Assembly (NCBI GenBank): GCA_035380245.1 | Contig: DAOSXA010000001.1 | Location: 145,925 to 209,924, forward strand | DNA: 64,000 bases | Reading direction: 5' to 3' | Origin: Candidatus Zixiibacteriota bacterium | GTDB lineage: Bacteria > Zixibacteria > MSB-5A5 > GN15 > FEB-12 | In this document: positions 46,399-56,343 of the stretch, in pieces | Layout of the letters: each line of letters opens with the position of its first letter | How positions within the stretch are numbered: position 1 is the stretch's first letter | Position numbers and translations under genes: made by a program | Notes under the pieces: generated by a model | Seen by the model: the letters and a program-made list of their open reading frames with translations, nothing else | The model's database searches: none | What the model was told of the DNA's origin: nothing

Positions 46399-46544
46399 TC
46401 GCTTACGAGATCGTTAAAATTAACCGAGAAATTGATCGGTCTGTTTTTGGAAGAATTCTCAGGTTATGCTGGGAACGTTTTGACCAGTGAGCAAAAAAGA
46501 GACAGCAACCGGCCGGTACGGCCGGTCGTTAACTAAAATTGGGG

Positions 46545-46814
46545 CTATCCGACAAGGGTTGGAATCAACTCGAAGATATGGCGGGTGAAATCGGTCGCCA
46601 TGTTGATCATCCAGGGAAGGAAAATCAACAGAGCCGTAGCCACGGCCAGGATTTTGGGGACAAATGTCAGGGTCATTTCCTGAATCTGGGTAATGGCCTG
46701 GAACAAGGCTATCAGAACGCCGACCACAAGTCCGAAAAGGAGCATCGGTCCGGCAATCATAACCGTCAACATGAGGGCTTCACGCCCGATACTTACAACC
46801 ATTTGCGGTGTCAT
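46545..46814 (-). CDS. fliQ: Flagellar export protein FliQ
   Basis: 89 aa from the ATG at 46814 (MTPQMVVSIGREAL...), with the SD AAGGAGAGAGG upstream. Confidence 0.93.
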   Translation of the reverse strand: MTPQMVVSIGREALMLTVMIAGPMLLFGLVVGVLIALFQAITQIQEMTLTFVPKILAVATALLIFLPWMINMATDFTRHIFELIPTLVG

Positions 46815-46833
46815 GTTTGACCTCTCTCCTTCT

Positions 46834-47586
46834 TCACATGTGGAACGATTCGACCAGCGACTTGACCAGCAGATACCAGCCGTCAACCAGGACGAACAAC
46901 AGGATTTTAAACGGTAAAGATACGATTACAGGCGGCAGCATCATCATACCCATGGACATGAGTACTGAAGCCACAACCATGTCGATCACCAGAAACGGGA
47001 TGAACAGAACGAAAGCAATCTGGAACGCAGTCCGCAGCTCCGAGATCACGAATCCGGGCACGAGCACTTCAAGCGGAACATCAGCGGCGGTCTCGGGACG
47101 TTCGAGCTTGGCAACATTGACGAACAGGGCAAGATCTTTTTCGCGCGTCTGGGCCAGCATAAACTTTTTAAATGGATCGACCGCCCGATCGAACGCCTCT
47201 TCCTTGCTGATCTGATCCTCCATGAACGGTTTGATACCGTTGTTGTAGGCATCACCGATAATCGGCGACATGATGAAGAAGGTCAGAATCAGAGCCAGCG
47301 ACACCAGCAACTGGTTCGGCGGCATTTGTTGAATCCCCATAGCCTGACGCAGAAATGCCAGCACTACCACAATTCTGATAAACGATGTGATCATTATCAG
47401 GATCGACGGCGCGAGGGCCAGCACGGTCATGAGGATAACTATCTGGAGAGTAGTGGAAAGGCTGTCGGAGTCTTCGGCCTTACCGACCTCGACCGAGACA
47501 CTCGGGAGTGTTTGAGGAGAAGCGCTGCTCGGAACCAGCATAAGAGCCAGCAGTACGAGCATAGATGTGGTGATCAGTTTTTTCAT
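46834..47586 (-). CDS. fliP: Flagellar export protein FliP
   Basis: 250 aa. Signal peptide plus conserved TSFIRIVVVLAFLRQAMGIQQMPPNQ. Confidence 0.95.
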   Translation of the reverse strand: MKKLITTSMLVLLALMLVPSSASPQTLPSVSVEVGKAEDSDSLSTTLQIVILMTVLALAPSILIMITSFIRIVVVLAFLRQAMGIQQMPPNQLLVSLALILTFFIMSPIIGDAYNNGIKPFMEDQISKEEAFDRAVDPFKKFMLAQTREKDLALFVNVAKLERPETAADVPLEVLVPGFVISELRTAFQIAFVLFIPFLVIDMVVASVLMSMGMMMLPPVIVSLPFKILLFVLVDGWYLLVKSLVESFHM

Positions 47587-47671
47587 GTCCTATATCTTCT
47601 CCGCAGGATTCGCAACATCCATATTGCGAACACCGCCCTGCGGTGATCCTATTATTCCGACCTGGAAACAG

Positions 47672-48268
47672 TTACGATTCCAACGCCGGTTCTTTTCGTT
47701 TCAGGCCCATCCTGGCCAGATGCTTTGCCGCTTTTCCGATCAACTGGTCGAATCCCTGCGCGGGCAGAGGTTCTTCCTTATCGGCCGCCAGCAGCTCGGC
47801 GGTTTGGTCTTCATCCAGTTCGATCAGCATCGAGATTTGCGATTCAGTCATTCCAATGAGAACCGCTTTCCCGGCAACACGAACGAGGGATATTTGTTTT
47901 TTAGGTGCGAGATAGGTGGTTTCAATCACTTCCAGGCTCTTGCCGGAACGATTGCTGCTGAATTTCTTGCCCATCGTCTTTTTCAGCAACAGCAGACCCA
48001 GATAGATGCAGGCGACTACCGCAACCAGGGCGATCCCCATACGCAACAAAGCCGGAGTAACGGACCCGGAGAACTCCTCGGCCAGAGCCGTGTCACTCTC
48101 CTCCGCAACGGCTGATGCCGGCGCTTCAGCGGTCGGGGCAGTCTGCTCAATCGCCGTCACGGCCGCATTACCGGCGGCTTTACCGTCGCCGACACTTAAC
48201 AGCGCCAGACCGGCGAAAGCCACACCGAGAATTACCAGCATGGTTTTCCATGAGGTCTTCGGTTTCAT
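47672..48268 (-). CDS. fliO: Flagellar protein FliO/FliZ
   Basis: Single TM segment plus LEVIETTYLAPKKQISLVRVAGKAVLIGMTESQISML. The ATG at 48268 lies 1 nt after the fliN stop. Confidence 0.65.
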   Translation of the reverse strand: MKPKTSWKTMLVILGVAFAGLALLSVGDGKAAGNAAVTAIEQTAPTAEAPASAVAEESDTALAEEFSGSVTPALLRMGIALVAVVACIYLGLLLLKKTMGKKFSSNRSGKSLEVIETTYLAPKKQISLVRVAGKAVLIGMTESQISMLIELDEDQTAELLAADKEEPLPAQGFDQLIGKAAKHLARMGLKRKEPALES

Positions 48269-48269
48269 C

Positions 48270-48893
48270 TTACTGCTCTCCGAGCGCCCGGAGACGTTCT
48301 TCGGGACTGAGCAACTGAGTGATACGAACGCCGAAGTTTTCGTCGATGACGACCACTTCACCGCGAGCCACCACCTTGTAGTTTACCAGCAGATCAACCG
48401 GTTCACCGGCGAGTTTGTTAAGCTCGACCACCGAACCCGGTCCCAGCGCCAGAATATCCTCAATGGTCATCCTGGTACGACCCAACTCGATCGAAACCGG
48501 TAAATTGACATCAAGAAGCAGATCGATGTTCTGTTTATCATCTTTGTGGGAGGACTCCGTCAACTGCTGAAATTCAGCCTTGGCTGCGGTGGCGGCGCCG
48601 AAGTCAATATCTTCGGGGCGTGCACCGGCGTCATCCTGCGGCAACTCATCAAGCATTGCCAGCATGGCCGCCTCGGCATCCTCCTCCGAGACATCACCCT
48701 TGTTTATCACCGGTCCACGACCGCCTCGCGGCAGATCGTTAAGCAGCGCTTCAGCCTCAGGATCGATGGAATCGTCATCGGCCGTGAGATTCGGCGTATC
48801 GTTTTCGGAAGCGGCCGCGGCCGCCGACTCATCCTGAGCGACAGCGTCAGCCTGAACTTCTTCCGGGGTTTCCAGTTTGTTTTCTTCGGTCAT
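48270..48893 (-). CDS. fliN: Flagellar motor switch protein FliN
   Basis: 207 aa. Acidic N-terminus and a C-terminal SpoA domain (VSIELGRTRMTIEDILALGPGSVVELNKLAGEPVDLLVN). Confidence 0.9.
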   Translation of the reverse strand: MTEENKLETPEEVQADAVAQDESAAAAASENDTPNLTADDDSIDPEAEALLNDLPRGGRGPVINKGDVSEEDAEAAMLAMLDELPQDDAGARPEDIDFGAATAAKAEFQQLTESSHKDDKQNIDLLLDVNLPVSIELGRTRMTIEDILALGPGSVVELNKLAGEPVDLLVNYKVVARGEVVVIDENFGVRITQLLSPEERLRALGEQ

Positions 48894-48896
48894 TTC

Positions 48897-49892
48897 CTAT
48901 ATCTCCTGCTGTTCCAGATCGCATCGTTCGGTGATCTGAATAGCCTTCTTTTTTCCGGACAAACCCGGGCGCGCCAGGAATTTTTTGCGTTTGTTGACAA
49001 ACACGTTGACGGGGGTAGAAATGCGGGTGTCGGCCGAAACGATATCACCGGCCTGTAACCGCAGAAAATCCTTTACCTTCAGATTGGTCTTGGCCAGTTC
49101 CGCCCAGATATCGACATCCACCCGAGAGACGTTGCGGTAGTTGGTCTCACGGTCAACTTCATGCACCCGGCGCTTGGTGGCGTCAATCCAGTTCTGCGCC
49201 GAGAGTTTGGTGATAATCGGTTCGAGTGAAACATAAGGATAGCAAATCGTCAGCAAACCGGTCGACTGGAACAGTTTGATCTGGAACGATACCACCACCA
49301 CCGTTTCACCGGGGGGAACGATCTGAATGAACTGCGGATTGGTCTCGAAGCTCTTCTGCTCGATCTGGATCTTCAGGATGTTTTCCCAGACTCGTTCCAG
49401 ATCGGCGTAGAGCTTGCCGACCAGACGTCCTACTACCGTTCTTTCGATACCGGTCAACTCACGTTCGGTTTCGAGAATCTTTCCGTTGCCGCCGAACATG
49501 CGATCGATCAGCGAGAAGGTCAGTGTCGGATTGAAATCGACCAGGCAACCGCCTTCCATCGGCGGCGCGGCAAAGGTATACGTGCACGAAGGTGTCACCA
49601 GAGACATGATGAACTCGGAGTATGTGATCTGATCGACCGAGACCAGATCCACATCGACGATCGTCCTGAGCACAGCCGACAACGTCGAGCCATAGTGACC
49701 CGCGAAGTTGTCATGCATGTTTTCAAGAGTCCGGATCTGATCCTTGGAGACACGGTTGGGGTGTTTGAAGTCGTAGGCAATGACCGATCGTAATTTGTCA
49801 TGGTCAAAGCTGTCTTCATCCGGCCCGTCGTCTCCGGCCGTCACGGTCGTCAATAGAGCATCAATCTCATCCTGAGAGAGAATCTTCGCCAC
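48897..49892 (-). CDS. fliM: Flagellar motor switch protein FliM
   Basis: 331 aa with the N-terminal CheY-P-binding-type LSQDEIDALL. Typical length and position. Confidence 0.92.
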   Translation of the reverse strand: MAKILSQDEIDALLTTVTAGDDGPDEDSFDHDKLRSVIAYDFKHPNRVSKDQIRTLENMHDNFAGHYGSTLSAVLRTIVDVDLVSVDQITYSEFIMSLVTPSCTYTFAAPPMEGGCLVDFNPTLTFSLIDRMFGGNGKILETERELTGIERTVVGRLVGKLYADLERVWENILKIQIEQKSFETNPQFIQIVPPGETVVVVSFQIKLFQSTGLLTICYPYVSLEPIITKLSAQNWIDATKRRVHEVDRETNYRNVSRVDVDIWAELAKTNLKVKDFLRLQAGDIVSADTRISTPVNVFVNKRKKFLARPGLSGKKKAIQITERCDLEQQEI

Positions 49893-49904
49893 GTCGGTTC
49901 CTTC

Positions 49905-50489
49905 CTATTGCAGCACGAAGTCGGTAAAATAGACACCGTTGATTTTATCAGTTTCCATAAGAGCAGCTACGCGTTTTTTAATCTGATACCGCACGATTTC
50001 CTTCTGCTTGGGATCAGTCAACTGCGTAACCGATTTCGACGAAAGAATCGTAATCAAGGCATCACGTACTATCGGTTCGCGGTCCTGAAACTTGGCTTCC
50101 AATGAAGGTGAACCCAGTTCGAAACTGACCGAGGCCGAGAGAAAGCGTGAGCCTCCGGTACCGGCCGGATTAACCACGATATCTTTCATTGCATATATGA
50201 TCGATGATCCCTTGCTTTTCCCCTCTTCGCCATGACCACCGTGACCTTCACTTTCGTGGGAGTCGTGGGAGGATTCAACCACTTCGGTTTCTTCCTCATC
50301 TGCGGGAGTTTCCTCCGAAGAACCGGACATCATCGGCTTTATCACGAACAAAGCCAGGAGCACACCGATAACGATAGCTCCGACACCTATTCCTCCGAAA
50401 AGGATCATCTTGTTGCCGCCTTTGGCCGGCGGCGGAGCGGCTTCAGCGTCGCCCGTCTGGACCGTAGTCTTTTCGTCGTCCGCTGCCAT
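49905..50489 (-). CDS. fliL: Flagellar basal-body-associated protein FliL
   Basis: 194 aa. Single TM segment plus IVVNPAGTGGSRFLSASVSFEL. Confidence 0.8.
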   Translation of the reverse strand: MAADDEKTTVQTGDAEAAPPPAKGGNKMILFGGIGVGAIVIGVLLALFVIKPMMSGSSEETPADEEETEVVESSHDSHESEGHGGHGEEGKSKGSSIIYAMKDIVVNPAGTGGSRFLSASVSFELGSPSLEAKFQDREPIVRDALITILSSKSVTQLTDPKQKEIVRYQIKKRVAALMETDKINGVYFTDFVLQ

Positions 50490-50491
50490 AA

Positions 50492-50716
50492 TCAGCTCCC
50501 TTCGATAATCTGTTCGGTGTCCACCTCTTCAGGACGGACACCGGACTTTCTCTTAAATTCAGCCACCCGCTCGATGATATCGTCGATCGACTCCTTGACC
50601 ATGATCTTCTTCCCGGTGGTCAGACAGATAATTGTCTCGGGGGTGGTCTCGACGAACTCGATCAGTTCAGCGTTGACCACCAGCGGCGAGTTGTTGATAC
50701 GGGTAACTTTAATCAT
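50492..50716 (-). CDS. flbD: Flagellar protein FlbD
   Basis: 74 aa: MIKVTRINNSPLVVNAELIEFVETTPETIICLTTGKKIMVKESIDDII. Confidence 0.85.
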   Translation of the reverse strand: MIKVTRINNSPLVVNAELIEFVETTPETIICLTTGKKIMVKESIDDIIERVAEFKRKSGVRPEEVDTEQIIEGS

Positions 50717-50722
50717 TGCCTA

Positions 50723-52675
50723 TTACCTCTTGATGTTCACCAGCTCATCGAGCATTTCGTCGGAAGTGGTGATAATCCTGGCGTTTGCCTGGAAACCGCG
50801 CTGAGCCGTGATCATACTGGTGAACTCCTCGGCAATATCCACCGAGGAAGATTCCAGCGCACCGGAGAACAAGGTTGCGCTGACCGTTTCACCGGCGACA
50901 CCTTCGAGCGCCTCACCGGAGTTACCGGTCGGCTGGTATTGCGTATTACCGGTCTTGCGCAAGCCGGCTTCGTTAGTGAAATCAGCCACCATGATTTGAG
51001 CCAGAACACGGGTGATACCATTGGAGAAGATACCGGAGATATTACCGGCCTGATCAATGCTGATTTCTTCGAGAATACCGAGTCCATAGCCGTCCTGACC
51101 AACGATGGCGGCAGTGTGCGAACCGCTGCCGAAGCCGGTGAGTCCGTCGAAATTACCGACAGTACCGGCATCGATCTGAATGGTCATATTGGACGCGCCG
51201 TTCTGCGGGTCGATCGTGATGCCGCTGGCGCCGCCGTTGTAGGCGAACGACTCAAGCGAACCATCGGAGTTGAAGCTTACATAGCCGCTTCCCCCGGCGG
51301 TAACACTTTCGGTTCCCGTCATCGAAGCAGTCCATTCCCAGCGGTTGCTGACAACCGACTTGAAGAATTCAATCGAAATAGTATGTTTGGTACCCTGTGA
51401 ATCATAGATAGACAGGGACGCGGTGTGGGTGGTCGGCAGAGTGTCAATAACCAACTCCTGCCCGGCCGAAGTAGCCTCGATTCCATCCGTACCGGTTCGG
51501 AGTGAGATACCGTCTCCGCCGATATCATCAAGTCCGATTACCATACCGGTCGTTTCATCGTACACCAGCGAGAGATCGGTTTCCACCGGACCGGCGGCAA
51601 CGCCGGTACCCTGATCAGGCTGGAAAGAATCGATCGCAACGAAAGTAGAGGCAGCGCCACCCGTGGAAGTGAAAGTGGTACCAACCGGTGATCCGGCCGG
51701 CAGGAAAAGCTGATCCACGATATTGCCCGCTGCGGAAGCCGATGATTCGAAACCGTATTCGATCGGATCCCCGGCGCGATCGCGTGTAATCTGAATTGCA
51801 TTGTTGCTGTCAAGCTCACAACTCACTCCGGCGATCTCGTCGATTGCCGAAATAAGATCCGATACGGTCGAATCGGCTGTAAGACCGGTAATGGATTCAG
51901 TGCGGCTGTTGTCGATCGTAATGTTGAAACCGGTAAAATCAGTCACACCGAGATCACCCAAAGTGGATGTAGAAGCCAATCCCTGTCGAGCACCGGAATA
52001 ACTTGCTTGTAGCGCCTGAGCGCCGGTGATCGATATCGTGTGAGTACCTCCGACACCGTCTTCAGCAGTACCGGTAACGGCAATCACGTTGGATGATCCC
52101 GCCGAAATCAGGGAAGCATCAGAATCGGTAGCGGTGGCATCAAGGTTGTTGGCCAGCGTAATCATCTCCGTCGCACGAGCCGGATCCTGCTGTCCGAACG
52201 GCAGCGTGATGCGATCAATCGTCGCCAGCGACGGAATACGGCCGGAGGAATCAGCCATCTTTCCAAGTACGTAAAGACCGGACGACGGATCGACCAGGTT
52301 GGAATCGGCATCAAAACCGAACGCACCGGCGCGAGTATAATAACGGTTGTCGTTATTGTCGCCCAGAATGAAGAAGCCGCTACCCTGGATCGCCAGATCG
52401 GTGATCTGACCGGTCGTTTCAAGACCGCCCTGTTCGAAGACGCTGTCAATCGAAGCGACCTGCATGCCAAGGCCCAACTGGACCGGATTGGTACCACCCG
52501 ATACGGAAGTCGGTCGACCGGCGCCGCGATACGTCTGTACCAACGCCTCCTGGAAATTTACCCGGCTTCCTTTGTAGCCAATCGTGTTGATGTTGGCGAT
52601 GTTGTTACCAATCACGTTCATCTTGACCTGGTGGTTGGTAAGCCCGGACACACCAGCAAAAAGTGATGCCATCAT
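50723..52675 (-). CDS. flgE: Flagellar hook protein FlgE (enlarged central domains)
   Basis: 650 aa with conserved termini (SGLTNHQVKMNVIGNNIANINTIGYK; ITAQRGFQANARIITTSDEMLDELVNIKR). Confidence 0.92.
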   Translation of the reverse strand: MMASLFAGVSGLTNHQVKMNVIGNNIANINTIGYKGSRVNFQEALVQTYRGAGRPTSVSGGTNPVQLGLGMQVASIDSVFEQGGLETTGQITDLAIQGSGFFILGDNNDNRYYTRAGAFGFDADSNLVDPSSGLYVLGKMADSSGRIPSLATIDRITLPFGQQDPARATEMITLANNLDATATDSDASLISAGSSNVIAVTGTAEDGVGGTHTISITGAQALQASYSGARQGLASTSTLGDLGVTDFTGFNITIDNSRTESITGLTADSTVSDLISAIDEIAGVSCELDSNNAIQITRDRAGDPIEYGFESSASAAGNIVDQLFLPAGSPVGTTFTSTGGAASTFVAIDSFQPDQGTGVAAGPVETDLSLVYDETTGMVIGLDDIGGDGISLRTGTDGIEATSAGQELVIDTLPTTHTASLSIYDSQGTKHTISIEFFKSVVSNRWEWTASMTGTESVTAGGSGYVSFNSDGSLESFAYNGGASGITIDPQNGASNMTIQIDAGTVGNFDGLTGFGSGSHTAAIVGQDGYGLGILEEISIDQAGNISGIFSNGITRVLAQIMVADFTNEAGLRKTGNTQYQPTGNSGEALEGVAGETVSATLFSGALESSSVDIAEEFTSMITAQRGFQANARIITTSDEMLDELVNIKR

Positions 52676-52782
52676 GGTAGGGATACCTCCATAATTATGC
52701 CCAGCGCCTCTCCATCAAAATGGAGTCCAGCTCTGGTTGTAATCCTATTGTTTATTCTCTTCATCTTATTCTCGAAACCATG

Positions 52783-53187
52783 TCAGATAATCACCGCCGA
52801 GTCGATCGATGTGACAACTCCGTCACGGAGGTTATTCTTGTCGAACACGGTTATAACAGTGCGATTCGGAACAGAAACTACGAAAGCCGCATCCTCGGAT
52901 AAAACCAGGGTTTCCTTGGAACCCTTGTCACCGGCTCGATCCAGCGCTCCGGCCAGCTTATCAAGCTGGTCGTCGGACAACTCCAGGCCACGCGAGTACA
53001 TACGGTCATGGGCGTGCTTGGAGAATTCGATACCCCGCGACTGAGCCAGTTCCCGCGAGAACATATCCTTGAAGGAGGTCTTCTCGGTTTGTTCGGTCTG
53101 GTTCTGAGACTGGGTACGCTGAGCGATCTCGATGAGATCGACCGGACGCTGCTGCTGAATGATCCTTGTTCCGGAAATCGCCGACAT
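52783..53187 (-). CDS. Flagellar operon protein (TIGR02530-like)
   Basis: 134 aa. EFSKHAHDRMYSRGLELSDDQLDKLAGALDRAGDKGSKETLVL, located between flgD and flgE as in Firmicute and spirochaete loci. Confidence 0.65.
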   Translation of the reverse strand: MSAISGTRIIQQQRPVDLIEIAQRTQSQNQTEQTEKTSFKDMFSRELAQSRGIEFSKHAHDRMYSRGLELSDDQLDKLAGALDRAGDKGSKETLVLSEDAAFVVSVPNRTVITVFDKNNLRDGVVTSIDSAVII

Positions 53188-53193
53188 AACTAT

Positions 53194-53886
53194 TTATTCC
53201 TCGTCGAATCCGCCCGATTCAGCAATTTCACTGATATCACCAAGAGCGACTTCGACACCGTTCACGGTCAGGTAAGCACCGCCGTCGCGATAGGTGATCT
53301 TCTCGACGGTACCGGTCAGTTCCATCGAAGGCTCGAACGTTTCACCGGAAGCGGCTGTCGCGGTAGCCTCGATGTAGTAATAACCGTCGTCGACACGATT
53401 ACCGATGGAATCACGTCCGTCCCATTCGATCGAGTTGACACCCGGCACGACATCTTCAGCCGTGAGCGTGGTCACAGTGTTGCCGTCCTCGTCGGTGATC
53501 GTGAACGTTATCTCAGTGGCATAAATATCGGTGGTGTAGTTGATGTCGGAGGCTTCACCATCCTCGACATAAACACCCGTAAAAGTAGCCTTGACATCAC
53601 GGCCGATCAGAGTCGAAGACATGGTGTTATTGATTGACTGCATTTGCAGATAATCCCATTCGTTCGATTCGGTGATGGCGTCGGCGATGTTACTCATCTG
53701 CTCGAGTGATGAGAACTGAGCGAGCTGGGCAATGAAATCCGTGTCGTCTGTCGGATCGAGTGGATCCTGGTTCTCCAGCTTGGTAACCAGCAGTTGCAGG
53801 AATTCATCCTTGCCTAAATCCGACGAAGCTGTAGTCGTATCTGTCGTGCTCGTCGTGGTATAGGTTACGTAAGGAATTTCAGTCAT
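53194..53886 (-). CDS. flgD: Flagellar hook capping/assembly protein FlgD
   Basis: 230 aa. [40 protein letters not shown] plus an Ig-like C-terminus. Confidence 0.88.
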   Translation of the reverse strand: MTEIPYVTYTTTSTTDTTTASSDLGKDEFLQLLVTKLENQDPLDPTDDTDFIAQLAQFSSLEQMSNIADAITESNEWDYLQMQSINNTMSSTLIGRDVKATFTGVYVEDGEASDINYTTDIYATEITFTITDEDGNTVTTLTAEDVVPGVNSIEWDGRDSIGNRVDDGYYYIEATATAASGETFEPSMELTGTVEKITYRDGGAYLTVNGVEVALGDISEIAESGGFDEE

Positions 53887-53895
53887 GGTTTTCTC

Positions 53896-55503
53896 CTATG
53901 CTAAAAGGTTCACGCCCGAAGAACCCAGTTGTGCCGTTTCGTAGATCGGCATCGCTACTGAAGATTCCGTGGTCGAGAACGATAGCGAATCCAATTTTTC
54001 GTTTATAAAGCGCGGGCGACGTGACCAGTCGGACTGACGATTGAATAACTGGTCCCCCCGATCATCGCTGCTGACGTTGACATCGATTTGATCGAACTTG
54101 ATATCGGCTTTGTCAAGTTGTTGGCTCAGCTTATCGAGTGAGCCTTCGATCAAGGCCTTGGCTTCGTGAGTCTCAACGGTTAAGGTCGCCTTAATCGTGT
54201 CGTTCTGAAGACTCAACTTCAAGCGAGCCGGGCCAAGATGATCCGGCTGGATGCGAATCATAACCGACTGGCCGTTCGGCTTAAGTGTCTGATTAAGCCG
54301 GTCCGGAATATCGAACAGAACCTGTCGGGTAGTCGTTTTCGAATCGGTGTCGCTTGAGATGTCGCTAGTCTTATCCGTAAATTCCATCTGCCCCGGATCG
54401 ACGACTGCGGTATTGTTCGTTTGAACGGAGCCGGTGGTGAATTCGGAAGTGTTACGCTCCGGCGACACCGATGCCGACTGCGGCTGGGCCGGGCGTAACA
54501 CCAAGCAATTTTCCTGGTCCGTGTTGTTTTGCGGCTGATAGCCGGCCGTGTCGGCGGCAACTTTATCTACGGACAAATCATTTTTAGCGGCCTGCCGATT
54601 TTCAACAGCCGTGATATTGCTCGGCATCAGGCGGCTTTTTATTTCAAACGCGCTGCCGTTTTCTTCGGCAATCAGCGTGACTGTAACCGGTTTCTGGGTG
54701 TCGATCGTGGTAGCTTCGGAGGCCTCGGTATCGATGCCCTGACTGATTTCAAGTTGCTTAAAATTGAGATCACTAAGAAGCTGCTCCATCCGTTGCTCAG
54801 TTTGAGACATACCATCCAAACTCACTCGCTGAACCGAAGTAGTCTGATTCAGATCGTTGAGAATCTGCGCCGGAAGAGTGATTTTTACAGTTTGAGACGG
54901 TTGTTCGGAAGGGTGAACACTCAAGCTGAGCTTCTTGTCGATCACTTGACTGTCTTCAACCGTGTACGCACCGGTCTTGATCTCGGTCGGAACTTCCTGC
55001 AGCAATCGACGGAGCGAATCATTGGTCAGCGGCAGGTTTTCCGGTAATGACAGAGATTCATCGGTCGGCATGAACATGGAACCGTCAGCCGCCTGATCCT
55101 GAGCAATTGTTCCATCGATGCCAACGGTTACGGCATCAAGCGACGGTATCGACGAAGAACTGACTGTTTGATCCCCCGGATTGAGGGATATGCCGTTCTC
55201 CAGGCTGGCGGTCGGGGCTTGAACAGGCAGTGTAACTTGACCGGAAAGCGCCGCCAGCAGTGATTTGGCCGAATCAGTATCAGAGGATTGACTGGCCTCA
55301 TCAAGCGCCATGGAGAAATTCTCCGCATTCCCCGGCAGGACGTTGGTAATATCAGTATTCGACTGACCGAACAACTCGTCGAAAAGCACCGCGAACGGAT
55401 TGCCTTCGACATTACCGGTCGACTGAGCGCTTTGCCCGGTTTCGGGCTTACCCTCACCGGTTGGCAGGAAGAGCTGGTCGAGTATGTTCAGTCCGGGATT
55501 CAT
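53896..55503 (-). CDS. fliK: Flagellar hook-length control protein FliK
   Basis: 535 aa. S/T/Q-rich ruler region, with a C-terminal Flg_hook-like IRIQPDHLGPARLKLSLQNDTIKATLTVETHEAKALIE. Confidence 0.75.
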   Translation of the reverse strand: MNPGLNILDQLFLPTGEGKPETGQSAQSTGNVEGNPFAVLFDELFGQSNTDITNVLPGNAENFSMALDEASQSSDTDSAKSLLAALSGQVTLPVQAPTASLENGISLNPGDQTVSSSSIPSLDAVTVGIDGTIAQDQAADGSMFMPTDESLSLPENLPLTNDSLRRLLQEVPTEIKTGAYTVEDSQVIDKKLSLSVHPSEQPSQTVKITLPAQILNDLNQTTSVQRVSLDGMSQTEQRMEQLLSDLNFKQLEISQGIDTEASEATTIDTQKPVTVTLIAEENGSAFEIKSRLMPSNITAVENRQAAKNDLSVDKVAADTAGYQPQNNTDQENCLVLRPAQPQSASVSPERNTSEFTTGSVQTNNTAVVDPGQMEFTDKTSDISSDTDSKTTTRQVLFDIPDRLNQTLKPNGQSVMIRIQPDHLGPARLKLSLQNDTIKATLTVETHEAKALIEGSLDKLSQQLDKADIKFDQIDVNVSSDDRGDQLFNRQSDWSRRPRFINEKLDSLSFSTTESSVAMPIYETAQLGSSGVNLLA

Positions 55504-55511
55504 TATATATA

Positions 55512-56306
55512 CTATTTCTCAGAAATCGTGATCATCTTCTGCGACAGTCGCGCCGCCCTTTGCGGAGGCATCAAGGCAAGCAGCGACGAAGCATTCTTGG
55601 TTTTCATGCGCGGGATCAGCGCCACCATCGTTTCATCATCAAGGTTCTCAGCCAACTGGGCTACCGACCGCGGATCCATACCGTCATAAAGTTTGGCCAG
55701 TGAGCTGATGCGAGCAGTCTCGGCCTGTTCGAGCACAAGCAACTTGCGATTGACTTCGTTTTCGAGCTTCTGCAACTCACGGTAACGGTTGTTGACTTCC
55801 TGTTCGCGCTGGTCGAGTCCTTTTTCACGATCGGCCAACCGGGCTTTCTCACGGTCGAGCCAGTTCATATTTTCAATGGAGTCTTCCTGAGACATTCCCA
55901 TTTCCATCCCGGGGATATCCTCAGCCTCGGGTTGATAATCGAGAAAAGCCAGGTTTTCCATAATGTCGCCCAGAAGACTCGGGTCGTCGGTCTGTGCCGT
56001 CATGCCCTCGGTCAATTCTTCTGCGATCTCTTCCGCTGTGGGAGTATGAGCAACTTCAGCCTGGGCGGCTTTGGTGCTGTCAGGATGATTAGTGGTTTCT
56101 GAATGCTCAGCCGGTTCAGTCGCTTCTTCGGTTTGCGACACAGTATCACCGCCTGACATCATCTTAAGAGCAACTACTGAAACACCGGCCACAACGACTA
56201 CCGCCACCAGGCCTATAATGATATACTTCATCATGCCGCCGGACTTGGCGGGAGCTGGTTCTGGTGTCGCCTGTTGGGCTTCAGCGTTGTTGTTTTCTTC
56301 AGTCAC
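55512..56306 (-). CDS. MotE/YlxF-like flagellar protein (MgtE-N-like C-terminus)
   Basis: GTG start with AGGAG 7 nt upstream. TM segment, coiled coil, and C-terminal LYDGMDPRSVAQLAENLDDETMVALIPRMKTKNASSLLALMPPQRAARL. Confidence 0.55.
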   Translation of the reverse strand: MTEENNNAEAQQATPEPAPAKSGGMMKYIIIGLVAVVVVAGVSVVALKMMSGGDTVSQTEEATEPAEHSETTNHPDSTKAAQAEVAHTPTAEEIAEELTEGMTAQTDDPSLLGDIMENLAFLDYQPEAEDIPGMEMGMSQEDSIENMNWLDREKARLADREKGLDQREQEVNNRYRELQKLENEVNRKLLVLEQAETARISSLAKLYDGMDPRSVAQLAENLDDETMVALIPRMKTKNASSLLALMPPQRAARLSQKMITISEK

Positions 56307-56343
56307 AGATATACTCCTAACCTAATTCTCCGGCTTGATCCTA

